This document shows, one piece after another, positions 19,231-29,252 of a stretch of 64,000 bases of DNA; position 1 is the stretch's first letter, and each line of letters opens with the position of its first letter. The position numbers were made by a program, and so were the translations under genes. The stretch is from positions 32,001-96,000 of the forward strand of contig CAWIEK010000015.1 of NCBI GenBank assembly GCA_963835065.1, read 5' to 3'. This DNA comes from an uncultured Chthonomonadaceae bacterium (GTDB lineage: Bacteria > Armatimonadota > Chthonomonadetes > Chthonomonadales > Chthonomonadaceae). The notes beneath the pieces were generated by a model. It was not told where the DNA came from and searched no databases. It saw only the letters and a program-made list of their open reading frames with translations.

Positions 19231-19399
19231 TTACTTTGCCTTTCCGAATGTATTGTGTTATTATACGCTAAAACGCGGACTTGCGGCAAAAAGGCAGGAT
19301 GGCAGTTGGAACACGGGGAGGCAACAAGAACCGGGCGCTGTTTGCGCCCGGTCCATATTACACATGACCGGTTACACATTGCCGGAGAAACGGCCAATG

Positions 19400-20176
19400 T
19401 CAGGAGCAGGGGAAAGCGGGGCGAGTGCGGCGCAGGCGCTTTGTGCGCCACAGCAGACCCGCGACGACGGCGCAGACAGCAAAAGCCGCCGCGCCGGGTT
19501 CGGGCGTCGTCGAGCCGGACGGGGAACCGTTGATATTGAACGACGATGTGGTGAAATTGGGACCGAAATAGCCACCGGCGGCGTCCTGGGTACTCGGCAG
19601 CGCTAAATTAACGCTTGGCTGATAAAAACTGTGCAGGTAGGCGACATGGAGATCGTGGGTAAGTTCCGTCTGGGGATTTTGCACGTAGGTATAGTTTTCA
19701 CCATGCGATACGCCCGCAATGATGTACGTGCCGCCGGAAAGCAGCGTGTAAGGGCCGGTGATCAGGTTGCCGCTTGCGTCTTCCAACTGATCCGCATAGC
19801 GGAAGTTGCTGTCCAGCAGCGTGGAAGCCTGGGGCACAATCGCCTGTACCAGCAGAGCGCCTCCGGTAGCGTTGTAAATGCCGACTTCATGGCTGGCCGT
19901 AAATCCATCGGGGCTGGTGGTTGTGCCGCTGCCGGGATCGCTGCGGGGCGCTGTGCCGCTGTCGTAAAAACCAAGATTATAAACAGAGACATTCGCATTG
20001 ATCGTAAACTCGTAGCCCACCGCCCAACTGGCCGCCGCCGGGCTGGTAAAGTCGAAGCGTGTGACGCCGGGCACAAAATCAAAGGCTTGCGTTTGCGCCC
20101 TGCCCTGCGCGGGCAGCAGACCGGAAGCGCACACGGCAAGCAAAAAGGGGAGGGGGAAGCGTAATCGGCAAACCAT
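19400..20176 (-). CDS. PEP-CTERM sorting domain surface protein (DUF4082-like)
   Basis: Signal peptide; VGYEFT...LGFYD; C-terminal TPEPG + TM helix + basic tail RTKRLRR. Confidence 0.85.
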   Translation of the reverse strand: MVCRLRFPLPFLLAVCASGLLPAQGRAQTQAFDFVPGVTRFDFTSPAAASWAVGYEFTINANVSVYNLGFYDSGTAPRSDPGSGTTTSPDGFTASHEVGIYNATGGALLVQAIVPQASTLLDSNFRYADQLEDASGNLITGPYTLLSGGTYIIAGVSHGENYTYVQNPQTELTHDLHVAYLHSFYQPSVNLALPSTQDAAGGYFGPNFTTSSFNINGSPSGSTTPEPGAAAFAVCAVVAGLLWRTKRLRRTRPAFPCS

Positions 20177-20516
20177 GCGAGTTCTCCTGTCCTGCTATCA
20201 ACGAGTTTCGGCTGCAAACGAAGCGTGACTTTGTACCAACGCACACACGAACGAACTCGATGAGCGGAATAATGAATGGGATTGCGGAACTAAAAACCAA
20301 GTTTTTGCGCTTGTGGTACGCGCAGCCGTAGCCAAAGGAAGCGTTGTTCTTCATTGTCGGCAGACGCCCTTCCGTTCTTCAGGTAATAATCGGGGTGGAG
20401 GAAGTCATAACTGAAGAATTCAGCAGGATACGCGGCTGCGCTTGTCGTGACGCGGAACAATAACATTGCGTCCGATTGCCGACTCCCAACTCCTGCCCTC
20501 TTTTTCCTTTTCGCCC

Positions 20517-20546
20517 TTGACAAAAGCGTGTCCGCGCCCGTATACT
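20517..20546 (+). promoter_or_regulatory. Sigma70 promoter of the tRNA-Glu/Leu pair
   Basis: TTGACA-18 nt-TATACT. Confidence 0.7.
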
Positions 20547-20590
20547 AAGTGTGCTTGACGGTGCGCAAACTGCGTTGCGTCATTCGCTGT

Positions 20591-20665
20591 GGGGATATCG
20601 TCTAGAGGTTAGGACGAGGGATTTTCAGTCCTTAAGCCGGGGTTCGATTCCCCGTATCCCTACCA
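20591..20665 (+). tRNA. tRNA-Glu(TTC)
   Basis: GGGGATA...AGGGA-TTTTCAG-TCCTT...GGTTCGATTCC...TATCCCTACCA, with encoded CCA. Confidence 0.9.
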
Positions 20666-20681
20666 AGTAGGCACTAGATAT

Positions 20682-20737
20682 TAGGCATTAGGCATTAGTG
20701 AATTCTTCTAATGCCTAATGCCTAATGCCTAATGCCT
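20682..20737. repeat. Inverted heptamer arrays (TAGGCAT)n/(ATGCCTA)n
   Basis: Inverted tandem heptamers between the two tRNAs. Confidence 0.8.
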
Positions 20738-20745
20738 TTTTACCC

Positions 20746-20827
20746 GCCGAGGTGGTGAAATGGCAGACACGTACGCTTGAGGTGCGTATGCTCAAAAGGC
20801 TTGCAGGTTCAAGTCCTGTCCTCGGCA
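20746..20827 (+). tRNA. tRNA-Leu(GAG)
   Basis: GCCGAGGTGGTGAAATGGCAGACACG-TACGC-TTGAGGT-GCGTA...GGTTCAAGTCCTGTCCTCGGCA. Confidence 0.93.
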
Positions 20828-20977
20828 TCCTTTGTTAGTACGCCCCGCATTTTCTGGTTCAGAAAGTGCGGGGCTTTGTGTTTGGAGTTTACGACTGGAA
20901 GCCGGGGGTATTTGCCGCTTGGCTGCGAGGCGTTCGGGCGTGAAAAATAAAAGGAAGCGATAAGGAGGCAAAGCGGG

Positions 20978-21403
20978 ATGAAAGTAAAATTTGTTTGTAT
21001 GGTCTTTTTGATGCTGTTGAGTTTGAGCCTGCGCGTTCCTGCGCGGGCGGACGAGACGAGCTATCCTATTGACAAATGGCTTTCCAAAACCATTGCCAAA
21101 AACCATTCTACAATGGGAATACGCCATGCCACCATCAAAGCCCGCGAAATGTGGGATGCGGAAATGAACCGCGATTACAAGCGGCTGATGAACGCCCTGA
21201 AACCGGAGAGTCGGGCAGTCCTGCTCAAATCGCAAAAAGCGTGGCTGGCCTTTCGGGACGCGGAATTTGAAACCAATGTCGTGCTGATCGCCTCCAAGCG
21301 GGGCACGATGTGGCCGATGCTTGCCGATAGCAACGCGCTTCAAATCGCGCGTACCCGCGCCCTCCAAATCAAAGATTATGCGCGACATGCAGGCGGCGGA
21401 TAG
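20978..21403 (+). CDS. LprI/DUF1311 family secreted protein
   Basis: Signal peptide; WDAEMNRDYKRLM...LLKSQKAWLAFRDAE. Confidence 0.85.
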   Translation: MKVKFVCMVFLMLLSLSLRVPARADETSYPIDKWLSKTIAKNHSTMGIRHATIKAREMWDAEMNRDYKRLMNALKPESRAVLLKSQKAWLAFRDAEFETNVVLIASKRGTMWPMLADSNALQIARTRALQIKDYARHAGGG

Positions 21404-21480
21404 AGGACCTGCGGCCTCCCCCCATGAATAGGCATAGATAAAGGCATCACATTCCTTATACGGTAAGGTAAACAACAAGA

Positions 21481-21522
21481 AACCCCTGTCCCATGCATAT
21501 AAAGCGCATTGAACAGGGGTTT
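21481..21522. terminator. Hairpin between convergent genes
   Basis: aacccctgt...acaggggtt imperfect stem. Confidence 0.55.
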
Positions 21523-21610
21523 GAAGTCAGGCGCTTCGTCTAAGCGGATGAGCGTTGAAAGTTCGCAGGTACTGCATCTCTATTAATGAGAACTATCAAC
21601 TGTCAACTGC

Positions 21611-22021
21611 TTAGTAACGGTCGCGTCCGCCGCCACCGCCACCACCGTAGCCGCCACCGCCGCCACCGCCGTAGCCACCGCGATCACGGCCACCGCCGCC
21701 ACCGCCATAACCACCGCCGCCGCTGCGTCCGCCGCCACCGCCACCACCGTAACCGCCGCCGCCCGAACGCTCTTCACGCGGGCGCGCTTCGTTGACCGTC
21801 AATGTGCGGCCACCCATCAGGGTACCGTTCAATGCGGAAATAGCCGCCTGCGCTTCGGAGTCCGTGCCCATTTCCACAAAGCCGAAGCCTTTGGACTGGC
21901 CCGTGTACTTGTCGGTGACAACGCTTGCCGAGGACACCGTGCCCGAAGCGCTGAACAGATTTTCGAGGTCAGCGTCCGTCGTGGAGTACGGCAGACCGCC
22001 TACATAAATGCGCGTTCCCAT
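21611..22021 (-). CDS. Glycine-rich RRM RNA-binding protein
   Basis: RNP2 IYVGGL, RNP1 KGFGFVEM, GRTLTVNEARPRE, RGG/YGG tail. Confidence 0.95.
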   Translation of the reverse strand: MGTRIYVGGLPYSTTDADLENLFSASGTVSSASVVTDKYTGQSKGFGFVEMGTDSEAQAAISALNGTLMGGRTLTVNEARPREERSGGGGYGGGGGGGRSGGGGYGGGGGGRDRGGYGGGGGGGYGGGGGGGRDRY

Positions 22022-22291
22022 CTGAATGGTCCTTCTTCCCTGCCCGCACACGACGCTTCCGCCGTCACGGAACATGGGAAATCAATAACATGCCGCCGAC
22101 ACACAAGCGAAACCGGCAGCGAGAGCATCACGTGAAGCCTGTCAATATCTTCACGATCTGGAACGGGCGGCAGGAACAAGGAGAAGGAGCCTGGGTGCGA
22201 AAGCCGGGTCAGCAGAGACTAAACGAAGCTCTCAAGGCATCAATGCGTCCGCAAGGTTCTTCAAACATTCATGTCGTCGAACAGATATGCT

Positions 22292-22320
22292 AGTGTACAC
22301 CTGATTACGCCTACTGTCAA
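22292..22320 (-). promoter_or_regulatory. Sigma70 promoter of the RRM gene
   Basis: TTGACA-17 nt-TACACT on the minus strand. Confidence 0.65.
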
Positions 22321-22423
22321 GCGATTCTCAAGGCTGCGTCAATTGGTTTTTAGCAATAAATACGAATTTGCCCTCCAAAGTAGGAAAAGATTGCCACAAT
22401 CCGCTAATCCGGGCGCAAAGCCG

Positions 22424-22452
22424 TTGCAATTTGGCGTGGACTATGCTACAAT
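22424..22452 (+). promoter_or_regulatory. Sigma70 promoter of tRNA-Ser(GCT)
   Basis: TTGCAA-17 nt-TACAAT with extended TG. Confidence 0.6.
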
Positions 22453-22593
22453 ATCTCCATTATTCTGCTGTCAGCGTGGGGATATGGCGACTTAACTCTT
22501 GTCCTGCCGGTAAGAGCGCCAGCGCCAAAATATCGGAACTGACAACTAAAGATAATGGTTTTGCCTGTGTGCCTTGCGTTTGCGCGTTTGTCT

Positions 22594-22687
22594 GGAGAGG
22601 TGGCTGAGTGGTCGAAAGCGGCTCACTGCTAATGAGTTGTAGTGTGCTTCAAACACGCTACCCCGGGTTCGAATCCCGGCCTCTCCG
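22594..22687 (+). tRNA. tRNA-Ser(GCT)
   Basis: GGAGAGGTGGCTGAGTGGTCGAAAGCG-GCTCA-CTGCTAA-TGAGT, long variable arm, GGTTCGAATCCCGGCCTCTCCG. Confidence 0.94.
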
Positions 22688-22790
22688 TTCTTCTTTGCTG
22701 TTGGCCCCGCTGCCGGCGCTTTATCCTCGCGTTTTACCCGCATAATCGCTTGTTTGAATATCTGTTTCATTTTCGCGCCCATTCAAGAGT

Positions 22791-24032
22791 TTGCGTTCAT
22801 TCAAGTTGCGTCCATTCAAGAAGTTTCGTATTCCACGCCGCGACGATGTCCGGTATTCCACATTGCGAAAGGTGTTGCCTGTGTTGCTTCTCGCCAGCCG
22901 CTCATTTCGCCTGCGCCCACTGCCTGTTTTGTTTGGCGTTCTGCTTACGGGGAGCGCGGTCCTGACGCCCCTGAACAGCCGCGCCGCGACCGGAGCGCAG
23001 TACGCGCAATTGCGCCGCCAGCATCGCTGCGATTTGAAACTCTCCTATGTGGACGCGCAGGCGGATGCCGCCAAATATGTCGGCAAGGTGCTGGAATTGC
23101 GCGGCGTGATCGGCGGGATGGCCGAAGGCGCGCAAAGCGTATCCGTAATGCTGAACATGGAGGGTGGCATCGCGCCCACTCTGGAAGTGCCGCTTGCCGA
23201 AGCCGGTCCCATTCGGGAGGGAAGCGCTCCCCATGTGCGCGTTCTGGTTCGCGTGGCCGAAGGCAGCAGCGGCAATGTCCTGCCCCTGACCGTTTTGGCC
23301 GTCGCTTCGGAAAGCGAAGTGGACGCGCAGGACAAAGCGGCGAACGCGCAGGCGGATTTGAAAGCCCGTAAAGCGGAACTGGCGCGGCAGGAGCGCGAGC
23401 GCTGGCATCAGCAGGTGCTAAAATCCGCGCCCCGCAATGCGGCCCCCTCGCGTAGCGGTTATTTCCGCCCGCAAACTCCCTTTGCCCCGCCCGTCGCGCC
23501 GCCTGATGTGGCGCAATCCCTCGGCCCGCGCGTCCGGGACTGCTACCCGGCCTACTACGCTTTTATTAACAGCCATAACCGCAAATTGGGCGCGAACATG
23601 GCCGCGCAAATCGCGTATTACCTGTTAGCGTTCGCCGACAAGTACAACGTAGACCCGCGCCTGGTCACGGCCATGATGATCGCCGAGTCGGATTTCGATC
23701 CCATGTCCACCAGCCATTCCGGGGCGATGGGATTGGGGCAATTAATGCCCGACGAGGTGAAAAGTCTTGGCCTGCACAACGGCTACGACATCAAAGACAA
23801 CATCTACGGTTCCATCGTCAACCTGCGCTCGGATTTGGACAGTTTCGCCAGCCTGGGCGGGCCGAACGGAAGCCTGTCCATCGAGCAGATCCGACTGGCG
23901 ATGGCGACGTATAATGCCGGGCCGAACGCCGTCAAGAAGTACAAAGGCGTTCCTCCCTATCGCGAAACGCAGGGTTATGTCAAGCGCGTCGTCCGGCTGT
24001 ATCGGCAGTTCTGCGGCCTTCCGCCGGAGTAA
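22791..24032 (+). CDS. Lytic transglycosylase (SLT domain) protein; start uncertain
   Basis: VDPRLVTAMMIAESDFDP...GAMGLGQLMP...AMATYNAGPNAVKKYKGVPPYRETQGYV. Confidence 0.9.
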   Translation: MRSFKLRPFKKFRIPRRDDVRYSTLRKVLPVLLLASRSFRLRPLPVLFGVLLTGSAVLTPLNSRAATGAQYAQLRRQHRCDLKLSYVDAQADAAKYVGKVLELRGVIGGMAEGAQSVSVMLNMEGGIAPTLEVPLAEAGPIREGSAPHVRVLVRVAEGSSGNVLPLTVLAVASESEVDAQDKAANAQADLKARKAELARQERERWHQQVLKSAPRNAAPSRSGYFRPQTPFAPPVAPPDVAQSLGPRVRDCYPAYYAFINSHNRKLGANMAAQIAYYLLAFADKYNVDPRLVTAMMIAESDFDPMSTSHSGAMGLGQLMPDEVKSLGLHNGYDIKDNIYGSIVNLRSDLDSFASLGGPNGSLSIEQIRLAMATYNAGPNAVKKYKGVPPYRETQGYVKRVVRLYRQFCGLPPE

Positions 24033-24287
24033 AACTTTTGGCGTATTCCGGGGATTTTTATCAGGAACAACTCTCTGTTTGCCTCCGTCTATTGACTGTT
24101 GGTTCGGTTCCCCGGCCTTTGCGCCGGACGCGGACGCAGGCCAGAACATCGGCACAAGCAATACACGTTCGCGTATCAAGGTTTCAGCGCGTTGAAAGGT
24201 CACTGTCCTCCCAACGTTTTACCCTTGATGCGCGAACGTTTTCATTTTAACGCGCTTATGTGATCAGAAGATCAAAAGGAGACTGCC

Positions 24288-25031
24288 ATGCAGACGGAAC
24301 CCGTCAGCAAACAAATTCAGGAAATCGAGGCCATCAAGCGGCAAAAACGCATGTGGTCATGGGGAACCACCGGGCTGTTGCTTGTGTTCGTTATCTCGTG
24401 CATCCTGTCCCTGCGCAGCGCCGTTTATGGGCTGGTGAATGAAGGCCCGACCCGCGAGCAGTTTCAAAAGAAACTCGGCGACAGCGTACAAAAGGACGCT
24501 CTGCCTAAAATCCAAGCCTACGGCGAGGAAGCGATACGCGGCGTGGATTACGCCGGGGCCGTCAAAAAACTCAATGAACACACTCCGCAAATGGTGCAGG
24601 CCACCAAGGATCAACTGCAAGCGCTCAACAAGGACCTGACCGACAGGGGCAACAACGTTTTCAACAAAACATTTCGCGCCGCCGTTGAGGATCATGACAA
24701 GAAGATTCGCGCCATGTTCCCTGATGCCACCGAAGAGCAGGTGAAGGGCCTGATGTCGAATCTGACCAAAGAAGCGCAGGAGCAGGTTGCCGACATCAAC
24801 GAGACGCTGTTCGGCGAACACAAGAAAGCCCTGGACAGCATTATCGCTGATATGAACGCTATCCAGCGCTCGGAACCCAATATCAGTGGCGAAGTGCCTA
24901 CCTATGAGTATGCGCTGATGCTTTTCGACATCGCCCGCGAAGACCTGAAGAGCCTGACCCCACCTGATAAAGCCAAACCGACCGGCAACAAGTCCGCCGC
25001 CAATCCGGCTGCCGGAAAGGATAAAAAATAA
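24288..25031 (+). CDS. Single-TM helical hypothetical protein
   Basis: AAGGAG RBS; one TM helix then an amphipathic helical region. Confidence 0.75.
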   Translation: MQTEPVSKQIQEIEAIKRQKRMWSWGTTGLLLVFVISCILSLRSAVYGLVNEGPTREQFQKKLGDSVQKDALPKIQAYGEEAIRGVDYAGAVKKLNEHTPQMVQATKDQLQALNKDLTDRGNNVFNKTFRAAVEDHDKKIRAMFPDATEEQVKGLMSNLTKEAQEQVADINETLFGEHKKALDSIIADMNAIQRSEPNISGEVPTYEYALMLFDIAREDLKSLTPPDKAKPTGNKSAANPAAGKDKK

Positions 25032-25834
25032 TGTCTGACCACTTCACTTCCAGCCCGGATCCGCAAAAGAACTCGACGCCTTCTACAACGCCGCCGCCCA
25101 TGCCGCCTACCGGAGGCGCGGTTGTCGTGGGTTCCTCCGGCGACGTTGCCGCCGAGCGCTATATCGCGTCGCAATTGCAGCACGAGCGCCAAACCCTGCG
25201 AGTTTCCCAGATTGTCAGCGTCCTGGTATTGCTGTTCGTGGGCGGCTATCTGTACGCCATCACCAGTACGTTCAAGAGAAACCTGGAACCGGATGCAGCC
25301 GCCCAAATCGCCAGCGGCATAATGATGCAGCAGATTGACGCAAACGGGCCGGAGTTCGTGCAGCAGGTGCGCGAACAGGTTCCGCAGTATATCGAAAAAA
25401 CCCCGGACTACGTGTTGGCCGAACTGCCCAAGTATCGGATGCAGATCGCCGACCGCGTGGAGCAGGACCTGAACAAGTATTGCTCGGAAACCTCCAAGCA
25501 ACTCAGTGACAAGATGGACAGCCTGCTCGATGAACACAAAGACCATGTGCAGGCGATGCTCAAGGACGGCAACGATCCCGCGACCGTCAAGCAGATGGGC
25601 GAGGATATGAAGCAGAAATTCCATGAGTACATCAACTCGCAACAGGCGAACGGCCAGTCTGTGGGCGAAGAGATTGACAAAGCGCTGGAAGCCATGACGG
25701 ACGTGCAGAAGCGGGTTCACCGTTTAGCCACCGCCACCAACCTGACACCGCAGGAAAAGAAAGCGCGTCACGCCATTGCCGTGCTGACGCAGGGCATTGA
25801 CGCCCACAAGCCAGAACTTCAACTCCAGAAGTAA
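25031..25834 (+). CDS. Single-TM helical hypothetical protein
   Basis: TAATG overlap with the upstream gene; one TM then a helical region. Confidence 0.75.
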   Translation: MSDHFTSSPDPQKNSTPSTTPPPMPPTGGAVVVGSSGDVAAERYIASQLQHERQTLRVSQIVSVLVLLFVGGYLYAITSTFKRNLEPDAAAQIASGIMMQQIDANGPEFVQQVREQVPQYIEKTPDYVLAELPKYRMQIADRVEQDLNKYCSETSKQLSDKMDSLLDEHKDHVQAMLKDGNDPATVKQMGEDMKQKFHEYINSQQANGQSVGEEIDKALEAMTDVQKRVHRLATATNLTPQEKKARHAIAVLTQGIDAHKPELQLQK

Positions 25835-25980
25835 TTTCATCGTCTGTTGTGTTGCCGGGTACTGAAAACGCTTGCTGTGAAATAGCGCCCGTGTGGTTGG
25901 CAGGGGTTGAAAACCCCTGTCTGGACAAAGCAAGCGTCTTTCAGACGCGCTCATGCTTTCTGGAAGTTGCGTCTTGCAGA

Positions 25981-26020
25981 AAAGAAGCCGCGTTCCTAAA
26001 ATTAGGAACGCGGCTTCTTT
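25981..26020. terminator. Bidirectional intrinsic terminator
   Basis: aaagaagccgcgttcctaa-aa-ttaggaacgcggcttcttt between convergent genes. Confidence 0.8.
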
Positions 26021-26084
26021 ATGGCTTCCCACATTATATTTGCGTGTATTCGCGTGTATTTGCGGCTAAAATCCTCTCTGACTA

Positions 26085-28277
26085 TTAATGCGCTACCGCC
26101 TGCGTGGGCGAAGTGGGTTTGGAGGCCAGATTGTCCATGAAGAACTCCAGCATCCGCGTTTGGTTGATCCCGGAATGGCCTCGGTCCGGGCCGACCTGCA
26201 GATCGTAGCTTTTGCCGGCTTCCTGCAAGGCGGCGATAAGCTGCAGCGTATTGGACGGATGCACGTTGTTGTCGGCTGTGCCGTAGTACAGCAGCAGTTT
26301 GCCCTTCAAGTTGTTTACATAGGTCATGGCCGAACCCGCCTCATAATCCGCGCGGTTTTGCTGCGGCAGTCCCATGAAGCGCTCCGTATAAATGCTGTCG
26401 TAATTGCGCCAATCCGTCACGGCGGAGGACGCGCAGGCGGCTTGAAACACATCCGGGTAGCGCAATAAGCACATGATGGACGCATAGCCGCCATACGACG
26501 TGCCATAGATGCCGACGCGCGTTCCATCCACATACGCCCGCTGCCGCAAAAACCTTACGCCCAGCGCCTGATCGTCAATGTCGGCCTGTCCGAGTTTGCG
26601 GTAAATGGCTTCCGTGTACGCCTTGCCCCGGTGCAGCGTACCCCGGCCATCGAAAGATGCGACCAGAAAACCCAATTCGGTCAACGCCTGCGGTAAGCGA
26701 AAATTCTCCGTGACCGTTTCGGCTCCAGGCGTTTCCGGCCCGGCGTACACGCTGATGAGCAGGGGATACTTCTTTGTCGCGTCGAAATTGGAGGGCTTGT
26801 ACAGCAGTCCGTGTACGTCAGTCACGCCGTCGTTCGCCTTGTAGGTGAACAGTTCCGGCAGCGCAAATCCTGCCGCTTTGATTGCGGTGGTATCGCCCTG
26901 CGCCAGGGTTGCGACCACCTTGCCGCTCGCGTCCAGAACGCGCGTTTGCGGCGGCATGTCGTGCGCCTGCGCCACGTCCACGCAGAATTTGCCGTTGGGC
27001 GCAATGTCCGCGCGGTGCGCAAAGTGGGGATCAGTCAGGCGTATATCCCCCGTTCCATCCAGATTGACGCGGTGCAATTGCGTTTTCAGAGCATTGTCGC
27101 CGTCCCGCGCCGTGTAGTACACAACGCCTGCCGCTTCATCCACGCGCGCAACGCCATCCACTTCAAACGAATTTTTGGTCAGCGTTTGCAGCAGTTTGCC
27201 GCTCAAGTCGTACAAATAAAGATTGCGCCAGCCCGTCCGCTCGGATGCCCAGAGAAAGCGCTGCCCGTCCTTGAGGAACGTCAGCGCGGGCAGGTTGGCT
27301 GTCCAGCTTTTGGGATTCGACTCGCGGATGATTACGCGGCACTGCCCCGTTTTCGGGTCGCAGGCCGTCAGTTCCATCACGTTTTGCAGCCGGTTGGTAC
27401 GGTGAAACAGCAGTTGCGTTCCGTCCGGCGTCCAGCGAATGTTATACACGTAATGCCCCATCACGTCGTTATCGAAGGGCTTGCCGTCGCGCACATCCAG
27501 CCGAACGGTCTGCTTGGTGGCGACATCGTACACGCACAGGTCTACAACCGGGTTGGGAGCGCCCGCTTTCGGGTACGGTTCCGCGTCCAATTGATCCTGC
27601 ACCGCAAGGCTGTTGAGGGTCACGTAGTAGTCGGGCACTTTGCTTTCGTCGAAGCGGTAGTACGCGAGTTTCGCGCTGTCGGGCGACCACCACATCGCCG
27701 TGCGCTGTTCCAGTTCCTCGCCATACACCCAACTGGCCGTGCCATAGAAAAGGCGCTTTTGGCGGCTGCCATCCGGGGAAACAGCAATGGGATTTGCGCC
27801 GTCCGCGTGACTGAGCCACACGTTGGCGTCCTTGTACTCGGCTTTCCATTGACCATCCGGCGACAGGCTGACGCCCGCCTGCCGTCCGCGTCCCGCGCCG
27901 CCGCCCCGAAATCCGCCCCCGTTCTGGCGCGGCAAAGGCGCATCGGTTTCCACGCTTTTTTGCAGCGCCACATCGTACTTGTAGGTTTTGCCGTCCTTGC
28001 GGTAAAGGTATCCGCTGCTGTCGGCGCTCCACGCGCCTGTTATCGCGCCCTTCATCGCTTCACCGGAAACCTCGCGCAGCTTGCGGCCCTGCGCCTGAAA
28101 TCGCGCAAAACCCGGCATGCTTTCGAGCCGATCCTGCGTTTGCCCGCGCGGAATCAACACCGCGCCAAGCGCGGCAATCAAGGCGCAGGTTGACAGCCGA
28201 AGCAAGAGCAGGCGCGTACTGCGAACCTTCTGAGGGCGTGAAGATGTGGCTGAATTTTGGAAAGACGTGGAAGGCAA
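26085..28277 (-). CDS. S9B dipeptidyl peptidase IV family protein
   Basis: WVYGEEL...WWSPD; YPKAGAPNP; GTSYGGY nucleophile; DNNVH; GH catalytic His. Confidence 0.93.
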   Translation of the reverse strand: MPSTSFQNSATSSRPQKVRSTRLLLLRLSTCALIAALGAVLIPRGQTQDRLESMPGFARFQAQGRKLREVSGEAMKGAITGAWSADSSGYLYRKDGKTYKYDVALQKSVETDAPLPRQNGGGFRGGGAGRGRQAGVSLSPDGQWKAEYKDANVWLSHADGANPIAVSPDGSRQKRLFYGTASWVYGEELEQRTAMWWSPDSAKLAYYRFDESKVPDYYVTLNSLAVQDQLDAEPYPKAGAPNPVVDLCVYDVATKQTVRLDVRDGKPFDNDVMGHYVYNIRWTPDGTQLLFHRTNRLQNVMELTACDPKTGQCRVIIRESNPKSWTANLPALTFLKDGQRFLWASERTGWRNLYLYDLSGKLLQTLTKNSFEVDGVARVDEAAGVVYYTARDGDNALKTQLHRVNLDGTGDIRLTDPHFAHRADIAPNGKFCVDVAQAHDMPPQTRVLDASGKVVATLAQGDTTAIKAAGFALPELFTYKANDGVTDVHGLLYKPSNFDATKKYPLLISVYAGPETPGAETVTENFRLPQALTELGFLVASFDGRGTLHRGKAYTEAIYRKLGQADIDDQALGVRFLRQRAYVDGTRVGIYGTSYGGYASIMCLLRYPDVFQAACASSAVTDWRNYDSIYTERFMGLPQQNRADYEAGSAMTYVNNLKGKLLLYYGTADNNVHPSNTLQLIAALQEAGKSYDLQVGPDRGHSGINQTRMLEFFMDNLASKPTSPTQAVAH

Positions 28278-28507
28278 GGCGGCAATCTCCTCTCAAAGCA
28301 CAACAAGAAAAAACAACACAACTTATTGGATGGAGGTAGGTTCGACAGGAGTGATGAGGAAACCTGCTTGTGTCGTTCCGGGGATTGAAAATCCCCATCC
28401 AGTATTTCACAGCAAGCGCTTTCAATCCCTGACACGCAATGCAGATAAACGAAATTGGCGGGAACAGGAAGGCATCGGGCGCGTATTCAATTCAGGAGGC
28501 AATCAGC

Positions 28508-28987
28508 ATGACCAACAGCAACGAAACCCGCACCAATTTAACCAACAACAGTTCCGCCATCAGCGACCCCATCCATAGCAGTTCTACAAGCGCCAATCCG
28601 TCAGGCGGCGATTCATCGGGCGTAAACCCGGCGAACAGCGACAACATGACTGCCGACCCGATGGCGCAGCCGCAGCCGCCCGCGCAGGATGCCGGACAAA
28701 CAACATCCGCCGCGCCTGACCTGCACACCAGCCCGCCGACGGAACCGCTCCCACCCACCAGCGGCACGGGAACCGGTTTCAACGCCCCGGACGCGGGAAC
28801 GGGATTATCGGGCAGCAATCTTGACCCAACAGTGGGCAATCCCGGCCCCATGACTTCGCCCGCAGCTTCGGATACTGCGTCCCTGCCCGGCGTCGGCAAC
28901 ATAGACCGTGACGCGCTGGCCGGACAAAACAAAGGGGCCGGTTCGCAAGCCAATGCCGAAGCCGTCAGTTCCACCGGCCCGGTTTAA
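28508..28987 (+). CDS. Low-complexity disordered hypothetical protein
   Basis: AGGAGG RBS before ATG 28508; S/T/P/G/N-rich. Confidence 0.6.
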   Translation: MTNSNETRTNLTNNSSAISDPIHSSSTSANPSGGDSSGVNPANSDNMTADPMAQPQPPAQDAGQTTSAAPDLHTSPPTEPLPPTSGTGTGFNAPDAGTGLSGSNLDPTVGNPGPMTSPAASDTASLPGVGNIDRDALAGQNKGAGSQANAEAVSSTGPV

Positions 28988-29252
28988 TAGACAAACCACT
29001 GAAACATGGCGCGATACAGCCGGATTTTTATAATCTGGCTATAACCGGTGTTCAGGAACGAAAATAAATCGCCGTCCGTTACAAACGTGTACGCCACGTT
29101 GCGGCAGTTATTCCTTCGGCGGAAACCGAACTTATGGAACGCGATTATGCTATAATCGGTGAAGATTATCATTCCGGGCTGATATGAGATTGTTGGTATC
29201 ATCCGCGCATCTTCGTTGCGCGGCTGTAACAGCCCCGGATACGGAGACAGGC

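Noticed and set aside
20290..20523. 77-aa minus-strand ORF upstream of the PEP-CTERM gene
   Set aside because: No recognisable motif and it overlaps the tRNA promoter; cannot be supported
21620..21765. GCC/ACC-rich tandem repeat
   Set aside because: Simply encodes the Gly-rich tail of the RRM protein
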